The translations under genes were made by a program, and so were the position numbers. DNA of 64,000 nucleotides from Epiperipatus broadwayi (Eukaryota > Animalia > Onychophora): the NCBI GenBank assembly GCA_028023455.1, contig JAQFVV010000008.1:496001-560000 (forward strand), in the 5' to 3' direction. The notes under the pieces are model-generated. The model did no database searches, was not told the DNA's origin, and saw only the letters and a program-made list of their open reading frames with translations. This document shows, one piece after another, positions 12,760 through 24,200 of the stretch (its first letter is position 1; every line of letters begins with the position of its first letter).

Positions 12760-15757
12760 CCAGAACGTGCTGGTTTTGGTAGATACTGGGAGCCAGATGT
12801 CATTTATTTCAAAGAAATGGTTATCCAGGATGGAAGCCCATGGGTTACAGATACCATGACTACCACTGAGACCTATATAGTTGACCCTGGCCAATGGAAG
12901 AAAAATCAAAATGGAAACATACCAGGTGTGGTTGGACCTGAAGTGGGGCCAGACTATGATTGGCCACCCATCCTAGTGATGAAAGGTTTGCTGCAGGATA
13001 TGGTAGTAGGTGCAGACTTTCTGAGCTGATATAAATGCATGATCAGTTATGATGATAATGTGGTGACCCTGTATCGGGAGAGCATTGGGCTTGAAGGTTT
13101 ATCCTATCATGGTGGATGCAAAGTACAATATGTGATGTTGGACACAGATGATGCACTGATCACATCGAAAATTTCAGAAACCTCTCTTACTCAACCTGAG
13201 GAACAAATGATGCTAAAGATGGTATTGAAGGCTAACAAGAGTGTTTTCCAATGCTCCAGGTGTATATTCATTGGATCAGCATCAAGGAAGAGACTTACTT
13301 TCAGACCCAGACTTACCCAATTCCATTCCAATACCAAGCAGTAGTTGACACTCAGATACAACAAATGGTAGACTGGTGGGTTATTGAGAAAAGCCCATCA
13401 CCGTACAATAACCCATTGGTTGTTAAGAAGAATGAATATGTCTGGATGCACGACAGTTAAACGGGATCACTGTCCCTGACAGGGATGTTCCACCACGTAT
13501 TCAGGAGATTTTTATGAGGTCTGGGAAGAGTTTCTTTTCCACGTTGGATCTTACCTCAAACTACTGGCAGATTGTGCTAGGTCCCCGGATCTGTAAATAT
13601 ACAGCAGTTCAGTATGGTGGTCACGCATGTTTCTCAAAGAGTTCCATTTGGTCTAAACAGTGGTGCTGGTCTGATGAGGTGCCTTGACCAGTCTCAGACA
13701 ATGTAAAGAAATATAGTGTATGCTACATGGACCATATTGTGATTTCTTCCAAAGATCTGGAGGAACATCTATGCCACTTACGGGGATTCTTCCAAGAGTG
13801 CATGCAGAGGAATGGGACTCAACCTGAAAAAGAGTTGTTTTGTTCAGCATGAGATATCATTTTTGAGGCATGTTAATGGTGAAGGGATTCGGATGCACCC
13901 TGATAAGGTGGAGGCAATTGAGAAATTTTCTACACCGACCCCTCGCAGACAGGTGCAGTCCTTTCTGGGGTTGTACAATTACTACCACAGATTCTACCTG
14001 GCTTTCACCCAAGATACTTCTGCCTTGGTGGATTTGTACTGAAAGATACAAAGTGGGAGTGGGCTGAGAGGCAGAATCGTGAATTTATTTAGGTAAAGAA
14101 AACATTTTTCCAGTCGGTAATGTACCACCCGGACTTGGCTGTACCTTTTATCTGCAGACAGATAGCAGCCGCCTCAGCCTGGGTGGTATTATTTCAAGTC
14201 CATCTTGCGCAACAGCAACAGGTTTTGTATTTCAGTAGTCAGGCCATGACAGGACCCAAACTAAATTATACAGTCCCTGGGCGGGACCTGTTAGCCATTA
14301 TTTGGGCTTGTGAAAAGTTTAAACAGTTTCTGATTGGTTCCCAGGTTATCATTGTGATTGACCATCATTGTCACGGAGTTTTTAAATAGGAGATACCTGA
14401 CCAATGACCATCTTATATGGTGGAGTCTGGCCTTCCAAAGTTTTGACTATCAGGTCATATGTCCTGGCCCAGGGAACATTGTGGCTGATGTACTTAGAAG
14501 ACATGCGGTGACCATTGAACCCGACAACCCCCTAATAGGTGCTCCTCAAAGTGTCATGAATGTGGGTAATCCTATAGAAACTCAGTTGAAAATCTTACTG
14601 GCAAGAAAAGCATCCAGAGTACAAAAAAGTAATGGACCTGCTGAGAGGAAGAGAAATGCCCTTTATTAAAAGAGGCCAAGACATTAAGTGAATGTTCAAG
14701 ATAACGAAAGGTATCTTGCAAAAGAGGTTGGGCCCTTAAACAGAACTTTTGGAAAAAAATTTAGTATCCCCAGATCTCAGGTTCAGGTTGGTTCAGTATA
14801 TACACTGGCAAGTGGGCCATTATGGACCATGGAAAACAGGCAGTCAGATGCCAATTTTATTGGCCAAATGTATATGTGGAAGTTTTGAGGGCTATCCAAG
14901 GGTGTGGGATGTGTGCTAGGGATAGCCCCCAAACAGATATGTTGGGTCTGATCTCACCAATAGTGCCTTCAGGACCAAATGAGCTTCTGGTGACAGATCA
15001 TTATAGCCCATTGCCACCATATAAGAGGTTCTGATAATTACTGGTGACCTACAATGTGTTCTCAAAGTATGTCAGGGCATACCCAGTACTGAGAGCAGAT
15101 ACAAGGTGTACTATTCAAGTTTTGGAAAAAATGCAGTTTCCTACTGTGGAAAAGCCAGAAACCATATTATTGGACCATGGATCAGTGTTCATGTCCAGAG
15201 AATAGAAGGCCTTGCTGAAGAGGCAGGACATTAAACACTCATATCAATTAGGAACCCCCAATCAAATCCCTTGAGAGAGTAATGAGGGAGATTGGAAGAC
15301 TATCGGACACACATGGGCTCAAACCATAGAAAATGAGTCAACCACAGAGGGGAACGTCAATCATAAATACTCAGAATGAATCTACCGGGTTTTCTCCATT
15401 GTGATTCCACTATGGGAAACCCTGCTAACCTATGATTCGCATACCACGGAAAACCATCTGGAGATTCGGCCATAGATCCAAGGGAAGACAGGTCAAGGGC
15501 AAAAGCTAATGTGGATCAGGAGGAAGGAAAGGAAAAGAGATTCCCATACCTTCCATGTGGGAGACAGGGTGAGGATACATGAACTGCAAGCTAGTAATAA
15601 ACAGTTAAAGAAGTACAAATGCCCTTTATATAAGGTACCCTACATAATCGAGATTATGGAGACTACTTTTTTATTGGAAGACTGGGGAACCATAACTGGT
15701 ACATACAATATCTGCTGCCTAAAGCCTTTTATCAATCAAACCCCAGATCAAATCTAG
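12760..15757 (+). pseudogene. Gypsy pol remnant (protease, RT, RNase H, integrase)
   Basis: Protease LVDTGSQMSFI (GAT at 12782) and VVGADFL. RT SPSPYNNPLVV, LDLTSNYWQI, RVPFGL and YMDH (decayed YxDD, 13724). RNase H LQTDSS, DLLAIIWACEKFKQFLIG and NIVADVL. Integrase QFYWP..C..C, IILDHGSVFMSRE, ERVMREIG and a GPY-like tail. Confidence 0.93.
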
Positions 15758-16214
15758 GCAGCATTCGTATGATCAGCACACCTAGATCCTTCTAGGATGA
15801 TTTTTGATCATTCATTTTTACCCCAACAGTAGTTAGACATTAATCTTTGTGTTTAAATATATATCAAATTAAGTTAGCCAATTAATGTTTCGCCAATTAA
15901 TAGGTAGATGTTATAGCCTCAGATTCTGGTATAGGAGTATAGTGTCATAATCTTGAAACAAAATAGCCAGGCAAGGTAAAAAAAAATTTTTGTGTTATCG
16001 TTTATCTCATTTCACAGTGATGATAGAGTAAATTCTTCACCTCAAATAAAGTCTTTTTTTGGATTTTTTTTTTAAGTTTGAGGATATGAAACAGTATATT
16101 CCTGCCCTCATATGTTTAACTTATTTTCTCCACAGCCACATCTATGCTAGGTTAAACACCCACTATTACATGGGTTTATGCATTAACATAGTTATATAAG
16201 CATCAACACTTGTA

Positions 16215-17498
16215 CAGGGTGGCCCAAAAAGTAGGTTTACAGTTATCACATAGACTATTTGAAAATTCGACACTAGAACAGCAGGAAATTAGTTATACCT
16301 GTTAACATAAACAATTTAATTTCTCAGATGCTCAAAATATCCTTCAACATTGCAACATTCTTCAAATCTCTCCAGGACACTGACACAGTGCAGCACAAAT
16401 TCGGCTCTTCATCAATTTTTGTGAATGCGAGATGAATGTAATCTTTTAAATCAATGTTTTGGGTTTCTTCTCATAAACCTTGTTCTTAACAACACCCCAA
16501 AAAAATAAATTCATAGGTGTCAGGTGAATGTGGTGGCCATTCGATGCTGCCCCTTCTTCCGAACCAACACTGTGGAAAAACTTGATTAAGGTAGTTTCTT
16601 ACTGTAGACGCATAATGTGTTGGTGCTCCATCCTGCTGAAAGAAAAGTCAAAGTTAGGTTTAGTTTTGAGTTGTGGCACTACTACTTCACGAAGCATGTC
16701 CAGGTAGTTCTCTCCATTTACAATTCTATTAAAAACATGGGCCCAACAACACCGCTTGATAATGCACCCCAAACTGTAATGCCAGGCTAATTTAGTTCAG
16801 TCTCTATGGTCAAATGGGGATTTTCATCAACTCAGTACACACAGTTATGCCTGTTCACATGACCAGATAATTTAAAGAAAGCCTCATCTGACCAAATAAT
16901 TTTATCCAAAGAGTCGCGTTCTCCAGAAAAATTGATTACGCATCATTTCACAGAACTGCAGCCGACAATCTGCGTCCTCTAAAAGACCATGTACTAGTCT
17001 TGGTCGGTAAGGTTTTAATTTCAGTTTACGCATTAAGCGTTGCAATGACGTTCTTGGTATGGATAGTTCTGCAGAAGCACGTCATGTGGATTTCCTTGGA
17101 CTTCACAAATGTCATAGCCACTAACATTTCATTTTCTTTGGTGTCAGAAGTGGATGTCCAGATTTTGGTGCATTACTCACTGAACCTGTTTCATCAAATT
17201 TATTCCTTAGACGATAAATTGTTTGTTGTGAAGGTGGAGAAGTGTTAAAAGTTTCTTGCCATGCTGTAACATACATACCATCTTGGCATTTTCAGACTTT
17301 ATTGGATATCAATTTCCTTTGCTCTTGATTTAAATTGTTCGCCATTAATCCTGAAATAAAAATTTATATCAAGTAAAAAGTTAGCATTACATAATAAAAT
17401 AAATTACAATCGGCAAGGAAAAAGCTGTTTATGTAAGTTAGATTTATACTCTGAGGAATGTAGTTTAATAACTGTAAACCTACTTTTGGGCGACTCTA
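16215..17498 (-). mobile_element. Tc1/mariner DNA transposon (rosa/DD41D-like by motif), 1284 bp
   Basis: TA duplication at 16213-14 and 17499-500. About 30-bp TIRs: CAGGGTGGCCCAAAAAGTAGGTTTACAGTTA and TAACTGTAAACCTACTTTTGGGCGACTCTA. The empty site is present in the 5' LTR (gttgTAtaggtatgatc). Confidence 0.92.
16330..17345 (-). pseudogene. Decayed Tc1/mariner transposase
   Basis: Minus-strand frames give [57 protein letters not shown] and IEWPPHSPD. Stops and frameshifts are present. Confidence 0.88.
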
Positions 17499-19706
17499 TA
17501 GGTATGATCACACATACATGCATGGATAAATGACTAATATCAATGTATGTGCTATATATTTTGCAGCATTTACATTTCTTCTTTATAAATAATATTTGGT
17601 ATAAAAAACTTATTTAAAGGAAATTTTGAATAGCATGTGAAATTCGGCAGAGTTCTGTCATTAACAGCTGGAGCAATTCTCAAATTTGATCAAATGAATT
17701 CAGAAACCAAACCTTCAATTGACGTGGTTTCTGAATCAATTTCTTTTTTTCAAACTCATTACAATTATAATGAATCACTTTCCAGATTAAAACCATTAAA
17801 GATTTAAGCAATTAAAAAGTTCAAAATTGAAGAAACAGTCTTTAGTAAAAACTGACAGGGTAATTAAACATATGAGGTATAAAATTTAGAGGGGAGGATG
17901 AATTCTGAATTAAACATAGCCAGCTGGTTTTAATCTGAGGAATATAAATAAGGCAGATTTCTTACTGCTTCAGTTAGTTTTAAGTTTCCTTTTTCTGTAA
18001 AGTTTTGTTAAGAAGCCACACAATATGGCGGGCTAAATAAGATTCAGTTTCTCCCACCGCCCGGAGATAGTGATCTCTATTTTTTCAGCATGCCTATGGG
18101 CAAACCTTCCAGCAGCCTTCCATGAGAAGGAGAGATGAAGAAATTGATAACCTACCTGAAAAGAAATGCCACTACATCACGATGCCACTGTTTGACATAC
18201 CGGCTTTCCAGTCATTACCACATTGTTTGATGAGCAGCATTCAAATCCCTATCAAGAAGATATTTTTTTAAAGACTGCAGCTCTGTAAATTAATCTATAA
18301 ACTCTAAGCTAGCTATATACTATAAAGAACGTTCTATACAAATTCTCAAAATTCTATTTAAGTCGTTTGTAAAAGAACTGTGTAAACTTGTCTAAATATA
18401 TTTATATTATGTAAATTATTTATGGCCAATCTGCTTTCTTAAAATCTGTAACTTATTTTTAAAGTAACTAAGAAATTATTTTATAATTTAATCTTGTAAA
18501 CCTGCCGGAATTCTTTTATAAATTAGGACTTTACTTTCGGTAATCTTTAAATATCTACAATCAGCTTAAATTTCTAAAAACTGCCGTCATGCCTAACTTT
18601 ATTGTTTTAAATATTTTGTTTACATTTATTCTGTTTAAATTTAATACATGTGATAATATGCCCATCTTTCGAAACAGTGAAAAATAATTAATTAACTTAC
18701 AATGAAGATAATTAAATTTTCCACTTTAAACATTTTAAGAACACTGCTTGGTGTATTAAAATTGCTGTTTCGAAATAATATAATAAACGATCGCTAACTG
18801 CTCGTTATCCTGATTTTATATATATAATAAATTGCATTACATTTTGCAAGGTTTGCTTTGTCCGTTTTATATATTATGACTTGATATCTGTTGGTTAGAG
18901 GGGATATACTGGCTAGAGATGATAATAAAGTATATTTGCTAATATTTATATTAATCCCCATCAAATATACATTCCCTCCTTAATTATGATTATATATATG
19001 TGCAGATTCAGGATTTTAGCTAGACTATTATATAGTTCAAGTCCTTTTTATTAGCGTAATTATAATTCTAGTTTTAGAACTGGGTTGAGCTGGTTTGTCA
19101 GATAGAAGCTATCCGTTTTAGGTGCACTATTGTGTGTGCATTGTGAGTGTGTCTTTATATAGTACACATATATGTGTTTACATTTTGCTGCACCTTTTAA
19201 ATGGGTTCACGGTGACAGACCGCCCCATTATTTAGTTCGGGCTATGGCTATCTTAACTGGAACATGCGGGTCCAGGCTGTTTTCATAAAGCCAATCTGAG
19301 TTCCTGAACTTATCTGTTCATATATAAATAGCAGCAAACAGAGCAAATGATGCTGAAGCTTCTGAATAATCACTCACTTGCACTGCAAACTTACTCTTTA
19401 ATATTTTATAAAGCGCCATAGCATATATGTGTGGATCTAAAGGTAACCAGTTCTTTTCCTTCTATTAATTAATTATTCAGTTTTAGACTGAAGTTTGAAA
19501 CTTGGTTATCAGGTTGAATCTGTATGATATTGAGCTTATTTAGTTGCTCACTTTATTAATAAATATATATAACAGCCACCTTAGAGCTGTATATCTTCAT
19601 CATCTCTATTAGGCTATCAGCTTAGAACTTTAGCAAACCAAAACAATAGGATGGGAATATTAAATAATTAGGGATGATTTATGAACCACACATACATGTT
19701 TATTTT

Positions 19707-20310
19707 AATATATTAATATGAGACAGCTGTACCATAACAGTCTCATTCATTATAAAAAGGCCTGCCTGTATTAAATACAGATTGAATGTTATATAATCCT
19801 TGCCTTTGTGATACTTTATTTATGCAATTTGTTATTGTTTTAATAAACATTTTAAAATATATATTGTTTCATATCTTTTTTGCTCCGGGGTCTATTTCAA
19901 GCCAATCCACAATATATTATTCAATCCACATTCCCATTATTCCAATTTCTTAATTTATATGCTATATATATATGTATCTCTGTAGTTAAGATTAATAGTG
20001 TGTTAAATAATATATTAATATGAGACAGCTGTACCATAACAGTCTCATTCATTATAAAAAGGCCTGCCTGTATTAAATACAGATTGAATGTTATATAATC
20101 CTTGCCTTTGTGATACTTTATTTATACAATTTGTTATTGTTTTAATAAACATTTTAAAATATATATTGTTTCATATCTTTTTTGCTCAGGGGTCTATTTC
20201 AAGCCAATCCACAGTGTATTATTCAATCCACATTGCCATTATTCCATTTCTTAATTTATATGCTATGTATATGTATCTCTGTAGTTAAGATTAATAGTGT
20301 GTTAAGTACT
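19707..20310 (+). repeat. 302-bp tandem duplication specific to the 3' LTR
   Basis: aatatattaatatgagacagctgtacc...gtgtgttaa starts at 19707 and 20009. The 5' LTR has a single copy (about 8936-9220). Confidence 0.92.
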
Positions 20311-20716
20311 CTATATTCCCCATTTAGTTAAGTCAGTAGTGATTTTCAGTCTCACGTTTCTCCCTGTCCCATGCCGGCTCGCGATTAAATGAAGACTGAG
20401 TGTACTTTCAGAAATGTTACTCATAGGGTGTTAAATTACGGAGCACTGGAAGATGAGTTGAAGTTGGGTTGGATTAGAGGTTTCAACCACCTCACCCTGG
20501 TCAGCTTAGGTATATTTTGCCTGGGCTCTGGAAGTCAATTGTTACTTTTAAAAGATAATGTGCCTTATGGATTTTAATAATTGCAAATAATCTTAATAAA
20601 ATAATATTCTATGACCAGATATGTAAAATGCTTTTTTTTTTCCATAAAATTTATATAAATATTTCTTAAGAACATATTTAATGAATTTAACTTTGTTAAT
20701 CTTTATATTGTAATTA

Positions 20717-21833
20717 CACCTGGGTCTCTTTTTACGCGGACTTATTTAACACGATTTTGAAGTTATGCGATTCATGTTTCACCGGAAGTGGAACTCCGAT
20801 AATGCTCTATTACTTTAAATAATAAATTTCAAGCACATACATTATGTTGAAAGTAATAGCACATTATTGGAATTCGACTTTCATCTTAGTAATTTCAATA
20901 TTTTCAGTGCTTTATAATAGTAAGATTTTATGCAATAATAAAATTAAAATTATGATTTCCACATTTTATGTATACATACATTAAATTTTACAAGATTATA
21001 ATGTAAATTTGTTCAAACATTGTGCATGTTAATTTTGCATTTTAAATCACATTCTGTTTTTGCTTTTTAAAAAAGAACCTAATCAATTATTAATCATTTA
21101 GTGTCCACAAATTTATTTTTAAAAGGTGAGTAATAGCAATGGGCACAATTAAATTTGACAATTAAAAATTAAAATCTGATTTTTAATTGTAATTAACAAT
21201 TTAAAAATTACTTACGGCGACTTGAAATTAATGTGATGTGAAATTTGATTTTTAAACGGAATTCAAAATTAAAAACAAAAATAATTTAATTTTTAGTTGT
21301 TAGTTTCATAAACAATTAATAAAATCATTGTCTCAAAGATTAATTACTAATTACGTTGTCACCAGAAAACCACTGACACAACATGAGTGTGAATTTGGCG
21401 CTAGTTGTATTTCCTCTTGTAAAAAATCTGATTTTTTACCAGTTTGCAAACGAATGTGTTTTTCGGCAAATAGCGATAATAATTAAAACGTGTATAAAAA
21501 AATGTAAATTACTGTACTGTAAATTATGCATAAAAATATATTATTTTGAATAAAATTAAATATTATAGTTAAAAAAAGTTTGTCTTGTATCAATTTTTTT
21601 CAAATTTGAAATTTTTTATTAGTCATATTTTATTTCCTTATTTTTTATTTTTTTTTTTTTTTTTGCGCGAATTTTAAAGTAATTTTACGTTGGTGCTTTG
21701 CTTTTACACGAATTTTGAAAAATCACAGACTGCATCCCCCCTTTTTCAATGTAAGTTACGTCTATTTTTGCGCGATTTTGTTTGTGCGTGTTTTCTGAGG
21801 AACCTATCTATCGCGTACAATGAGACCCAGGTG
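20717..21833. mobile_element. Tigger/pogo-like MITE, copy 2
   Basis: TA flanks (20715-16, 21834-35). TIRs CACCTGGGTCTC and GAGACCCAGGTG. Collinear with 3393-4836 in the same orientation. Confidence 0.82.
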
Positions 21834-21989
21834 TATTTAATTAATTAAATTTTTAGGAGAAATTTGCGAACAAATTTTCTGTTAACAAATGTTATTGTCT
21901 AGTAAAACTAAACCATGACTTTTATTTTCTTTAATACAAGTTATTATTTAAATCTTATTTAAAAGCCATAAATCTTTGTAAACAAAACT

Positions 21990-24200
21990 AATTGATTATC
22001 TTTTTTGAAGCAGTAAGCAAGATTTATGGGATATCTGATGAACACTTTTATTTAGATTATTTGTGAATATTAAAATGTGTAAAGAATATTATTCTTTAAG
22101 AGCAACGATTGATTTTGGTAGTGGATGTTATTATGAGGCATTGAAATATGTAAGGCATATGTTAAAAAAGGAATTAGGTTTTGGAATATTTGCAAATAAT
22201 CTTCATTTGAATTTGTAGATTTTATTATAAAGTAATTATCCTGAATGAGTATAGAAGCAGTTCAGTATAGAATACCTTCTTTGGACATAATAGAATTATA
22301 TGGTCACTAAATAGGAAAGAATCTATTTAAATTATTGATGATTTATTACTTAACAAAAATATTAATAAATGTAAATGTGAATTTATTCATGATATATTAG
22401 CTTGGATTGATAATGATATTATAGTTACATTTAGAGACAATATATATGAAATGACAAAATGTTAGTCTATTAGCACAATAGTTTGTAGTTTAGCATTGGC
22501 AAACAAAAAGACTAATATAATTATTCCCATATTGACAATATTTTGTATGAATTAAATGAGAGATTTATGATTGCATTTGACTAAAAAACCTGAAAAAGAT
22601 AAAGAAATTTGTTGTATGGATTTAAAAATAAAATGGAGCTTATTTTGTTGTATTATAAAAAGATAGTTAAATAATTTAATTTTAAGAAATGGGAGTGGAA
22701 GTGTTGGTGTGATGTTCAAGTTTCAAAGTGATTGATAAAGAGGTTTGAGAGCCATTTTTGTATTGAAATAACTTTTTATATATAGTTTTGGATTTGACAA
22801 AATTGAGAGTTTAGAAATTTATATTTCTGATGTGATAAAGATTGGTTTTAATATTATATGTAAGAAGGGAATAGTTAGAAATGATTAAAAAAGAATGTCA
22901 TTCATTATCATATAGACTGAATATTGGAAATAAAATTGGAGTGATTTATACTGACAAGTTCCATGTGAGCTTTAGAGCACTTATGAATTTGAATAAGTTA
23001 ATGAGTAACACAAAAAATAAAGTAGATTAAAATTACTGCTCTAATATCATATAGGCGATGAAACATAACCTTGGATTATCCTTATGGTTATACTATGAAA
23101 ATTAAGGCAAATTTAAGGATAAGAATAATGCAGGATTTGCTTATGTACAAACGAGCTAGAACTAATTTTATAAATATGTTGATATAATCATGAAAAAAAA
23201 ATATGGATATGAATTCGATCCAGATATTGTTGGGGTGATTCATGAAGAAATTTGAAATATCAGGGGAAAAAATTTCAAAAAAGCTTAGTTTATTACAAAA
23301 ATGAATATGTGATGAATCTAAGAGCCAATAGCAAATCAAATAGATAAAAAATGTGTTGTTTTTTTTTAATGGTGCAATATTGTTGTTTTTTTTGGTAACC
23401 ATGATTATGAAGCTAAGGCATTGGAAATATACTTGCTTTTATATTGATTTTATATATATGTTTATTATGTGTAAATAAATGCTTACACATACTTATTGTC
23501 TTGAGTCATTTATTTTAATATGCTAGTCATGACAACAAATCTGTGCATGGTTACATTGTTGATAGAAATCCTAGTGTTTGCATTAAATTATTTTTTTGAA
23601 GACAAGTAGAAATACTCATATAATAAATAGTAATAAATGATTTAAATGTCAAAGATGTTACCAAGCTGCCATATTATATAATGATTAAAGAAAGTTTAAG
23701 AACTAAATCATCTATAATATAGTGTTTGACAATGTTACAAGTTCTTGTTCATTAACAATGTCTTAATAATTTCTCTAAAATTATATTAAAAAAGTAAGAT
23801 TGCTGCTGAATGTGTAAAATTACTTGCTATAAGAGCAAAAGATGATAATCAAAAAAGAATTACTTGATATTCAGGTAAAAGAAAACGGGCAAAAGAGATT
23901 AAAAAATTCAAAAAAGAAATTTTTCTTAAAAAGTATACTGCAAGCAAAAAATCAACGGATGGTGGGAGGGAGTTAGGATTGTTATAAATGATTGAAAGTT
24001 GGAGAAGTATGAAGATAGAAGGATTGATATAAATTATTTTTTCCAGCAAAGAAAAATAAAGATTTGATATCAAATTTTCAACGAAATTATCTGATGTAAA
24101 TTATTTTCTATAAAGAAATATGTTATAAAGTGTTTTAAGGTATATACCTAGATTGTGAATAAGTTGAAAGGCAGATATTAAATGAAAATGTTTTAAAATA
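21990..24200 (+). mobile_element. Unclassified repeat with decayed coding capacity, copy 2
   Basis: Homologous to 5290-6459(-). Long near-open frames, e.g. MCKEYYSLRATIDFGSGCYYEALKYVRHMLKKELGFGIFANNLHLN (from 22075) and RLNIGNKIGVIYTDKFHVSFRALMNLNKLM...GFAYVQTS..FYKYVDIIMKKKYGYEFDPDIVGVIHEEI (22913-23250). The 3' boundary is approximate. Confidence 0.55.

Larger units (their letters stand above)
6460..20532 (+). mobile_element. Ty3/Gypsy LTR retrotransposon, decayed, with ~3-kb LTRs
   Basis: Long direct repeats (6460-9481 and 16087-20532) flank gag and pol remnants in PR-RT-RH-INT order. Many stops and frameshifts. Confidence 0.93.
16087..20532 (+). repeat. 3' LTR, interrupted by a mariner element and a 302-bp duplication; terminal ~35 bp missing
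   Basis: Starts TGAAACAGTATATTCCTGCCC like 6460. Homology to the 5' LTR ends at TTTTGCCTGGGCTCTGGA. Confidence 0.85.

Noticed and set aside
10872-15757. Active Gypsy element
   Set aside because: Numerous stops and frameshifts, YxDD decayed to YMDH, and diverged LTRs.
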